From contig JBGSWU010000181.1 of the NCBI GenBank assembly GCA_041751795.1, forward strand, positions 4,835 through 68,834: DNA of 64,000 nt, in the 5' to 3' direction. The notes under the pieces were generated by a model, which was not told the DNA's origin, did no database searches, and was given only the letters and a program-made list of their open reading frames with translations. This stretch comes from Thermomicrobiales bacterium. Lineage in GTDB: Bacteria > Chloroflexota > Chloroflexia > Thermomicrobiales > CFX8. Each line of letters starts with the position of its first letter. Within the stretch, counting starts at the first letter, position 1. The position numbers were made by a program, and so were the translations under genes. This document shows, in pieces, positions 46,599 to 54,065 of this stretch.

Positions 46599-46910
46599 AT
46601 GGTGACGAAGAAGAAAAAGTCCAGCACGTTTGAAGACCTACTACATCAGTTGCAGGAAACCGTCACACGCCTGGAAACAGAAGAATTGACATTGGAGGAC
46701 GCGATCGCTGCCTACGAACAGTCAGTCGGGATCGCAAACACGTGTGCTCGAATGCTTGACGACGCAGAGTTGCGGATCACCACCATCGACGCGCAATCCA
46801 GTGAACTTCGCGAGGTAACCGCTGTCTACAACGTCGGATCGCGACGCGCAGCCGCGCTGTTGCTCGGAGATGACGATGACGATCTCTCAGACCTGCTCGA
46901 CGACGAATAG
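46599..46910 (+). CDS. xseB: Exodeoxyribonuclease VII small subunit
   Basis: The ATG immediately follows the xseA stop. FEDLLHQLQETVTRLETEELTLEDAIAAYEQSV is XseB-typical. It has an acidic C-terminal tail. Confidence 0.85.
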   Translation: MVTKKKKSSTFEDLLHQLQETVTRLETEELTLEDAIAAYEQSVGIANTCARMLDDAELRITTIDAQSSELREVTAVYNVGSRRAAALLLGDDDDDLSDLLDDE

Positions 46911-46963
46911 CTCAACGCCTACGATCGAGAGACGCGAGCGGAGATCGAAACACGGTGTTCCAG

Positions 46964-47002
46964 GTAGCGGATGGTGACGTTGTCGGTTCCACCATCCGCT
47001 AC
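46964..47002. terminator. Hairpin between convergent xseB and proS
   Basis: Perfect 13-bp stem GTAGCGGATGGTG...CACCATCCGCTAC. Confidence 0.65.
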
Positions 47003-47017
47003 TGAATCAGTTGGCCG

Positions 47018-48493
47018 TCAGTATGCTCGCGAAAAAACCGCGTGAGCGATGGCCTGCTTGCCGCAAACAATGCACGACCCTTTTTCGTCGGGCTGCTCAA
47101 ATGGCAGGCAACGAATTGTGGCCCGTGACTCGTTCTTGACAGTCGCCTCACACGCTTCATCCCCGCACCATCCAGCAACCGAAAAACCAGCGTTGCTCGT
47201 TGCGCGATCGTAGAGTTCACGCAGTGACGACACCACGACTGTGTTGTCGCGAAGGTGCGTCTGAGCTGCCGCGTACATATCCTGTTGAATCGTCATAAGT
47301 AACTTTTCGACCGTCGCCGGAAGATCGTCGATCGCGACTGTCTGCTTTTCACGAGTGTCTCGCCGAACGACGACTACCTGTTGATTCTGAACATCGCGAG
47401 GTCCAACTTCAATTCGGAGCGGCACGCCGCGAAGTTCCCACTCGTTGAATTTCCAGCCTGGGGTCTTGTCATCGCGTGTGTCGACATGGGTGCGGACGTC
47501 CTCAAGATCGCTGATGACACGATTGACCCAGTTTCCGACCGGCTCGCGTTCGGCCTCTTTGCGCCAGATTGGAACGACGACAGCCTGGATCGGAGCGACT
47601 CGCGGCGGCATCTTCAATCCTGAGTCATCACCGTGGACCATGACGATCGCGCCGATCACGCGCTGACTCAGACCCCAACTCGTGGACTGCGCGAACTTCC
47701 GGTCACCATCCGCATCGAGGAAATTGATGTCAAACGCCTTGGCAAAGTTCTCTCCGAGATAGTGCGATGTGCCGGACTGCAATGCCCATCGTTTGCCACC
47801 CATCATCGCCTCGATGGTGTACGTTCTCACCGCGCCGGCGAACTTCTCGCTCTCGCTCTTCGTACCAGGAATTACCGGAATTGCCAGTTCGTTCTCAACG
47901 AAGTCTCGGTATACATCCAGCATCTGAAGTGATCTGGCTTCGGCTTCCTCCGCGCTGGCGTGTGCCGTGTGCCCTTCCTGCCAGAGAAATTCCGAGGTTC
48001 TCAGGAACGCACGTGGTCGGTTCTCCCACCTGACCACAGAGCACCACTGGTTTATGAGGATCGGCAGATCGCGATACGATTGGACCCACTGAGCGTACAT
48101 GTGGCAAATCATCGCTTCAGACGTCGGACGAATGACTAGCGGCTCTTCAAGTTCATTCCGCCCGCCGCGAGTAACCCACGCGACTTCTGGCGCGAAGCCT
48201 TCGACGTGCTCCGCTTCCTTCTCCATGAATGACTGCGGGATCAGCAATGGGAAATATGCGTTTTGGACTCCGGTCTTCTTGAAGCGGCGGTCGAGTGCTG
48301 ACTGAATGTTCTCCCAAAGGCCGTAGCCATACGGTCTAATGACTTTGCAGCCACGAACGGGGGCATCGTCGGCCAGTTCCGCCCGTTTCACGACATCGAC
48401 GTACCACCGGTCGAAATCATCATCCTGATCAATCAAGTCCTCAACGTATCCACGTTGGCGTTCGTCGGCGCTGCCCTGCATCAGTGCTCCCAT
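47018..48493 (-). CDS. proS: Prolyl-tRNA synthetase (archaeal/eukaryote-like type lacking the INS editing domain)
   Basis: 491 aa. FDRWYVDVVKRAELADDAPVRGCKVIRPYGYGLWENIQ N-terminus, class II motifs, and a C-terminal Zn-binding domain ending ...FSRAY. Confidence 0.92.
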   Translation of the reverse strand: MGALMQGSADERQRGYVEDLIDQDDDFDRWYVDVVKRAELADDAPVRGCKVIRPYGYGLWENIQSALDRRFKKTGVQNAYFPLLIPQSFMEKEAEHVEGFAPEVAWVTRGGRNELEEPLVIRPTSEAMICHMYAQWVQSYRDLPILINQWCSVVRWENRPRAFLRTSEFLWQEGHTAHASAEEAEARSLQMLDVYRDFVENELAIPVIPGTKSESEKFAGAVRTYTIEAMMGGKRWALQSGTSHYLGENFAKAFDINFLDADGDRKFAQSTSWGLSQRVIGAIVMVHGDDSGLKMPPRVAPIQAVVVPIWRKEAEREPVGNWVNRVISDLEDVRTHVDTRDDKTPGWKFNEWELRGVPLRIEVGPRDVQNQQVVVVRRDTREKQTVAIDDLPATVEKLLMTIQQDMYAAAQTHLRDNTVVVSSLRELYDRATSNAGFSVAGWCGDEACEATVKNESRATIRCLPFEQPDEKGSCIVCGKQAIAHAVFSRAY

Positions 48494-48627
48494 CGGCGAA
48501 TTGGTGTCGTGCCCGTGTAGAATCGCGACGGGAGTGTCCTTGCCATCGTCCGTCGCGCCGACCGTCGATTATAGCAATACACCCCGTCTAGGCATTTCCG
48601 AGACCGATTGAAGGGTTAGCGATCACC

Positions 48628-49713
48628 GTGACGAAGACTATCGCAGTGATGACTGGTGGCGGCGACTGTCCAGGGATGAACGCTGCGCTCCGAAGCGTCG
48701 TTCGGTCAGCCACGAACCACTTTGGTTCTCGCGTCGTCGGAATCGCTGATGGCTTCGAAGGGTTGATCGAGAAGCGATATCGCGAACTGACCTCCAACGA
48801 TATGCGAGGCATTCTCCGAATAGGAGGAACAGTCCTTGGTTCGTCTAACCGGACGAATCCTTGGAAGTACGTCCCACATGGCCAATCGGAACCCATCGAT
48901 GCATCGGTAATCGCATCTGAAACGCTTCAGGAAATTGGCGCTGACGCGCTGATCGTTATCGGTGGCGATGGAACGCTATTCTTGGCGCATAAGTTTGCGG
49001 CTGGACGGATCCCAGTAGTTGGCATTCCGAAAACGATCGACAACGATGTCCACGGGACGGATCAAGCGATTGGTTTTGACACGTGTGTGGCGACCGTCAC
49101 CGACGCGATTGATAAATTGCATACCACCGCTGAATCACATCACCGTGTCATGATAATTGAGGTCATGGGTCGAACCGCAGGCTGGGTCGCTCTGTATGGG
49201 GGGGTAGCTGGCGGTGCGGACGCTATCCTCATTCCTGAGCGCGGGGATCTGCGACCTTACGAAATTTCTGCCTTAATCGAAACGATCAATGTGCGCCGGC
49301 AAGCCGGAACAAATTTCACGATGATCGTCGTTGCCGAGGGCGTTTCCAGTCCGACCGGGGAAAAGATCTTCTGGTCACGATCTGGTGAAGAACACGGCCA
49401 CCGACTCGGAGGTGTTTGTCACCCACTTGCGCGCGAACTTGAGCGACAAACCAATCGCGAGGTGAGATCTCTTGTTCTTGGGCACCTTCAACGGGGTGGC
49501 GATCCAACGCCCGCCGACCGGATACTCGCGACGAAGCTTGGTCACGCCGCAACGGTCGCCGCTCACGATGGTCGCGATGGAACGATGGCAGGTATCCGCG
49601 GACAGCACGTCGATCTCGTACCGTTGTCCCACGCAGCGTCAGGACCACGTCGAGTCCCTGAAGACGAACCGCTTCTTCTCGCTGCCGAGGCGATGGGAAT
49701 GTTCGTTGGCTAA
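48628..49713 (+). CDS. pfkA: 6-phosphofructokinase
   Basis: GTG start. IAVMTGGGDCPGMNAALRSVV, GGDGT, PKTIDND and MGR motifs. Confidence 0.9.
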   Translation: MTKTIAVMTGGGDCPGMNAALRSVVRSATNHFGSRVVGIADGFEGLIEKRYRELTSNDMRGILRIGGTVLGSSNRTNPWKYVPHGQSEPIDASVIASETLQEIGADALIVIGGDGTLFLAHKFAAGRIPVVGIPKTIDNDVHGTDQAIGFDTCVATVTDAIDKLHTTAESHHRVMIIEVMGRTAGWVALYGGVAGGADAILIPERGDLRPYEISALIETINVRRQAGTNFTMIVVAEGVSSPTGEKIFWSRSGEEHGHRLGGVCHPLARELERQTNREVRSLVLGHLQRGGDPTPADRILATKLGHAATVAAHDGRDGTMAGIRGQHVDLVPLSHAASGPRRVPEDEPLLLAAEAMGMFVG

Positions 49714-50806
49714 TTGCAACACGTTCCTCCCTCCCGGAAAGCTCCCACACGACATCCTGAGCCGGTTGATCAACTCCTATGTAACTCCCGATCAGGACGT
49801 TCTGATCGGACCAGGCGTGGGACGCGACGCCGCAGCGATCCGAGTTGGCGATCGAGCGATTGTCGTCAAGACCGATCCGATCACATTCGCTACCCCGGAC
49901 GCTGGCAGGTACCTCGTCAACGTCAATGCCAACGACATCGTCTGCATGGGTGCTTCACCTCGCTGGTTACTGGTGACTGCGCTGTTTCCTGAAGCTGGAA
50001 CGACAGAAGCGCTCGTCGAGGACGTTTTTTCGTCGCTGGCAGACGCGGCGTCCGAACTCGGTATCGCCCTTGTCGGCGGACATACGGAAATCACGATTGG
50101 GCTCGATCGCGTCATCCTCGTCGGCCAGATGCTTGGAGAAGCCGATCCTGACCGATTACTCGACATTCGTACTGCCCAAGAGGGAGATGCGGTTCTGCTG
50201 TGTTCGGGGATCGCGATCGAAGGCACGTCCATCCTGGCGGCTGAAGCCGGGGATCGGCTCAAACACCTGGACCCTGTGCTACTGGAACATGGTCGACGGT
50301 TCGGCGTATTTCCTGGCATCTCGGTGGTTCCCGCTGCAACAGCGCTGATGGCATCTAGTGCGACCATTCGCGGCATGCACGACCCTACCGAGGGCGGACT
50401 GGCGAGCGCTCTCGTAGAACTCGCGATTGCTGCTGAACTAGGGATTGAAATTGTCGAAGCGACGATCAAGGTATATCCAGAAACGACAGCAATCTGCACT
50501 GCACTGGACATTGACCCACTTGGACTTATTGCAAGTGGAGCGCTTCTGGCTGTTGTGGCTGAATCGGATGTACAGAATGCAATAGAAAGCGTTCGTCGCG
50601 CTGGAATTGACATCGCCCAAATCGGCAAGATGACCCATCGAGATTCAGGTCACGTTCTTATTCGAAAGGGCTGCCGCGAATCCCTACCGACGTTCGCAGT
50701 CGATGAAATCGCCCGATTCCTTGCATCGCACGGTACGTCCGCAACGAACGAGTCGAACGAGTCGAACGAGTCGAACGCACGATTGAAGTCGGCCGGATTC
50801 GCTTGA
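49706..50806 (+). CDS. AIR synthase-related (PurM superfamily; HypE/ThiL/SelD-related) protein of unknown function
   Basis: LPPGKLPHDILSRL N-terminus, DAAAIRVGDRAIVVKTDPITF, and GGHTEIT. A start at TTG 49706 is proposed, with an 8-nt overlap with the pfk end. The earlier part of the track ORF lies inside pfk in another frame. Confidence 0.7.
   Translation: MANCNTFLPPGKLPHDILSRLINSYVTPDQDVLIGPGVGRDAAAIRVGDRAIVVKTDPITFATPDAGRYLVNVNANDIVCMGASPRWLLVTALFPEAGTTEALVEDVFSSLADAASELGIALVGGHTEITIGLDRVILVGQMLGEADPDRLLDIRTAQEGDAVLLCSGIAIEGTSILAAEAGDRLKHLDPVLLEHGRRFGVFPGISVVPAATALMASSATIRGMHDPTEGGLASALVELAIAAELGIEIVEATIKVYPETTAICTALDIDPLGLIASGALLAVVAESDVQNAIESVRRAGIDIAQIGKMTHRDSGHVLIRKGCRESLPTFAVDEIARFLASHGTSATNESNESNESNARLKSAGFA
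50754..50785 (+). repeat. 9-bp tandem repeat (GAACGAGTC x3 plus a partial copy) encoding (NES)3
   Basis: Read directly from the sequence. It lies in the C-terminal tail of the PurM-superfamily gene. Confidence 0.8.
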
Positions 50807-50813
50807 ACGAGAA

Positions 50814-50840
50814 AGAGAGTGGCTGTTGCCACTCTCTTTT
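50814..50840. terminator. Bidirectional intrinsic terminator between convergent genes
   Basis: AGAGAGTGGC-TGTT-GCCACTCTCT, flanked by GAAA upstream and TTT downstream. Confidence 0.7.
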
Positions 50841-50866
50841 CAACCTCACTGGTTAATGAGGTCGGG

Positions 50867-52822
50867 TTACATGTCCTTGGTCAATGTCACCAGGAACTCA
50901 GCGTTCGTCGGCGTCTTTGCGAGCCGGGCAAGAACCAACTCAGTGCCTTCAGTTCCACCAAGCATCGACACCATGCGACGCATTGTATACACCTGACGTA
51001 GTGCATGTTCATCGAGCAACAAGTCCTCACGACGCGTACCGGATCGCTGGATGTCGATCGACGGGTAGATGCGACGCTCGGCCAGTTTCCGGTCAAGGTG
51101 CAACTCCATGTTGCCGGTTCCCTTGAACTCCTCATAGATGACATCATCCATTCTGGAGCCGGTATCGACAAGGCATGTTGCAACGATCGTCAGACTGCCA
51201 CCGCCTTCGATGTTACGAGCGGCACCGAAAAAGCGCTTCGGTGGGTAGAGCGCGATTGGGTCGATACCACCGGAAAGCGTTCGTCCACTTGGAGGAACGG
51301 CAAGGTTGTACGCACGAGCCAACCGCGTAATCGAGTCGAGGAGAATAACGACATCGCGTCCGCCCTCGACGAGCCGCTTCGATCGCTCGAGAACCATCTC
51401 TGCGACCTTGGTGTGATCCTCGACCGGCTCGTCGAACGTCGACGATATGACTTCGCCGTCCACCGATCGCTTCATGTCCGTCACTTCTTCTGGCCGCTCA
51501 CCGATGAGACAAACCATCAGATGGATGTCCTGGTAATTGGACGTGACACCGTTCGCGATTGCCTTGAGAATGATCGTCTTGCCAGCCTTTGGCGGCGACA
51601 CGATGAGTCCTCGCTGGCCCCTGCCAATCGGCGCGACAAGATTCAGCAGCCGCGTCGAGATGATATTCGGCTGGGTTTCAAGGTCGATCATTTCCAGCGG
51701 GAAAATCGGCGTCAACGTGTCGAAGTTAGGTCGCCGTCGTGCTATCTCTGGATCGACACCGTTCACGGCCTCAACACGGAGCAGCGAATGAAACTTTTCG
51801 CTTTCCTTCGGCGGTCGGATCTGGCCGGAAATCTTGTCACCTGTGCGCAGTCCGAACCGGCGAATCTGCGATTGCGACACATAGATGTCGTCAGGACCAG
51901 GCAGGTACCGCTCACCTCGCAGGAAGCCGAATCCATCTTCGATTATATCGAGGACACCTTCTCCATATTTGTACCCAGCCGCTTCCGACTGCGCCTGGAG
52001 GATTCTCCCGATTAGATCGATCTTCTTGTATCGCTGGTAATTCGCAATTTCAAGGTCGCCCGCGATCTTGTGCAGCTCGTCAAACTGCTTCGCATCAAGG
52101 TCACTAACGCTCAGCATCGGCGTATCACGCAGAATCAGATCGGCGTTTCGATCGCGATCTCGATCACGCTGGGGCCGATTTCTGAAGTTCCGATCCTGGC
52201 CCTGATGCCGCTGATGGTCGGACGAACCGTTCGAGTCTGATCGCTGATGTCCACTATCACGTCGATCTCGCGGACGGTCCTGGCGCTGCTGCCGCGGCTG
52301 TTGCTGTTGTTGTGGTGGTGGTGGTGGCTGCGGATTCTGTTGCGTCTGTGACTGAGACTGTTGCGGAGCGGGTTCAGCAGGTTGCGACTTTTCTGCTGGC
52401 GCCGGTGCCTGAGCAGACGCTGATGTCTGAACCTGTGCCGCTACCTGGGAAGTTTCGGATGGCACCGACGGCTGATCAGGTACCGCAGACGATTCCTGTA
52501 GTTCAACCGCCGCAGCAGGGACGCTGGCAGCGTCCTTCGCGCCGTTTGAGGCAATGTCCGGAGCCTGCTCAGCGGACTGAACGGCAGGCGCAGTCTCGCT
52601 CGCTGCCTTCGGCGACTGACGTCGTGCAGTCGACCGAGCGGCTGCCACAACCGGAGCATCTGCCGACTGCATTGTGCTGTCAGGTGACACAGATTCGCCA
52701 GGTTGTTCGGCAACGTCCGTCGCTTTGGGCGTGCGCTTCCTCGGAGCGCGCGTTCGCGGCTTCGGCGCTTCGTCCTCAGGCTGATCGCTTGCGATTTTTG
52801 CGCTCTGTTCTTGGGACTCCAT
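50867..52822 (-). CDS. rho: Transcription termination factor Rho with an approximately 235-aa N-terminal extension
   Basis: The C-terminal approximately 415 aa are canonical Rho: a Rho_N-like [18 protein letters not shown], the RNA-binding [32 protein letters not shown], and P-loop [12 protein letters not shown]. The upstream 235 codons are in frame, stop-free, and A/P/Q/S- then R/D/Q-rich. Confidence 0.9.
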   Translation of the reverse strand: MESQEQSAKIASDQPEDEAPKPRTRAPRKRTPKATDVAEQPGESVSPDSTMQSADAPVVAAARSTARRQSPKAASETAPAVQSAEQAPDIASNGAKDAASVPAAAVELQESSAVPDQPSVPSETSQVAAQVQTSASAQAPAPAEKSQPAEPAPQQSQSQTQQNPQPPPPPQQQQQPRQQRQDRPRDRRDSGHQRSDSNGSSDHQRHQGQDRNFRNRPQRDRDRDRNADLILRDTPMLSVSDLDAKQFDELHKIAGDLEIANYQRYKKIDLIGRILQAQSEAAGYKYGEGVLDIIEDGFGFLRGERYLPGPDDIYVSQSQIRRFGLRTGDKISGQIRPPKESEKFHSLLRVEAVNGVDPEIARRRPNFDTLTPIFPLEMIDLETQPNIISTRLLNLVAPIGRGQRGLIVSPPKAGKTIILKAIANGVTSNYQDIHLMVCLIGERPEEVTDMKRSVDGEVISSTFDEPVEDHTKVAEMVLERSKRLVEGGRDVVILLDSITRLARAYNLAVPPSGRTLSGGIDPIALYPPKRFFGAARNIEGGGSLTIVATCLVDTGSRMDDVIYEEFKGTGNMELHLDRKLAERRIYPSIDIQRSGTRREDLLLDEHALRQVYTMRRMVSMLGGTEGTELVLARLAKTPTNAEFLVTLTKDM

Positions 52823-53031
52823 TACTCACCGTACTGTTTATCTGCGCGCCAACGCGACGCGCACGCGGCCCGGGGACACCCGGACATCCGAACACTGACT
52901 TTCGTCTCCATCTAATCGAGACACGAATGGGTACGGACGCGGAAGGATCAGTCACACGGATGGGTCTTCAATCAATTGTGTTGCTGATATACATCCGAGG
53001 TTGGAGCGTGGGAAACCCACTACTCGTCGTC

Positions 53032-53060
53032 ACTATACCAGCATTAGAGAATCTAGTCAA
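53032..53060 (-). promoter_or_regulatory. Sigma-70 promoter for rho (TTGACT-17-TATAGT), overlapping the glpX stop
   Basis: Minus strand: TTGACT (53060..53055), a 17-nt spacer, and TATAGT (53037..53032). This predicts an approximately 200-nt rho leader. Confidence 0.5.
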
Positions 53061-54048
53061 ACCTCGTCGCTGAAAACGCGGCCAACTTGTCGAGCCGGTG
53101 CGTCGCATCTATCCTTCGCACCGTTCCGGACTTCGAGCGCATCACCAGAGACTCGGTGGTTGCACCATGCGCGGAATAGTGCACACCTCGCAACAACTCG
53201 CCATCGGTAATTCCAGTCGCGGCAAAGAACACATTGTTAGAGCTGACGAGATCGTGTAATCCGTACACCTTGGTCGTATCCAGATTCATCTCGTGGACGA
53301 TCTGTCGTTCTTCATCGTTCCGTGGCCAGATTCGACACTGCAGGTTGCCTCCAATGCACTTGAGTGCACATGCGGAGACCGTTCCTTCGGTGGCGCCGCC
53401 GATACCGACGAGAAGATCGATACCGGTGTCTGGCATAGAAGCCATCAACGCGCCAGCAACATCGCCGTCAGTGATGAACTTGATTCGAGCACCGGCCCTA
53501 CGAATCTCATCGACGATATCAGCGTGGCGAGGGCGGTCGAGAACGACAACGGTGAGGTCACGAACCCCCATTCCCTTCGCTTTCGCGACACGCTCTAGAT
53601 TTTCAGTTAGTGGTCGTTCGATGTCGATCGCGTCGGCTGCTTCTGGACCAGTTGCGAGTTTTTCCATGTAGGCGATCTTGGCTGGGAAATGCATCGTCCC
53701 GCGCTCAGACAACGCCGCGACCGAAAGCGCGTTCGGCATTCCGTTCGACAACAAACTCGTCCCTTCGACAGGGTCCACCGCGATATCAACCCGAGGTTCT
53801 TTGCCCTTACCAACTTCTTCTCCGATGTAGAGCATCGGAGCCTCGTCCTTTTCGCCTTCACCGATGACGACAACGCCGTCCATTTCAATCGTCGCGAGAG
53901 CCGTTCGCAATCCGTCGACGGCTGCCTGATCGGCAGAGATTTTGTCTCCTCGACCCATCCAGCGCGCTGCGGCCAGCGCGCCCGCTTCGGTCGCACGAAC
54001 GAGTTCCATTCCGAGGTTTCGATCCGGTTGTGTCCTCTGGGCGCTCAT
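53053..54048 (-). CDS. glpX: Fructose-1,6-bisphosphatase class II
   Basis: 331 aa. ELVRATEAGALAAARWMGRGDK, DPVEGT and GIGGATEG motifs. Confidence 0.92.
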   Translation of the reverse strand: MSAQRTQPDRNLGMELVRATEAGALAAARWMGRGDKISADQAAVDGLRTALATIEMDGVVVIGEGEKDEAPMLYIGEEVGKGKEPRVDIAVDPVEGTSLLSNGMPNALSVAALSERGTMHFPAKIAYMEKLATGPEAADAIDIERPLTENLERVAKAKGMGVRDLTVVVLDRPRHADIVDEIRRAGARIKFITDGDVAGALMASMPDTGIDLLVGIGGATEGTVSACALKCIGGNLQCRIWPRNDEERQIVHEMNLDTTKVYGLHDLVSSNNVFFAATGITDGELLRGVHYSAHGATTESLVMRSKSGTVRRIDATHRLDKLAAFSATRFD

Positions 54049-54065
54049 TGGCTGAACTCCTGTCG

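Noticed and set aside
48494-48627. Possible T-box or other riboswitch in the proS/pfk divergent region.
   Set aside because: Only about 134 bp are shared by two divergent genes, with no T-box motif or terminator.
49706-50806. The PurM-superfamily gene as selenophosphate synthetase (SelD), which would support the Sec hypothesis.
   Set aside because: It lacks the N-terminal Gly-rich loop with Cys/Sec-Gly-Cys-Lys typical of SelD, and its N-terminus looks like the generic AIR-synthase-related or HypE-like group. It therefore does not count as Sec machinery.
51005-52015. Long antisense ORFs inside well-supported genes. Examples are 336 aa opposite rho, 274 aa at 23108..23932 opposite mpg/valS, 278 aa at 49792..50628 opposite the PurM-like gene, 235 aa at 21398..22105 opposite mutL, and 221 aa at 12082..12747 opposite the ALDH.
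   Set aside because: Each lies fully inside a gene whose product has strong family motifs. Their translations are R/S/P-rich with no recognisable motifs, as expected for shadow frames in GC-rich DNA. There are no SD sequences or independent signals.
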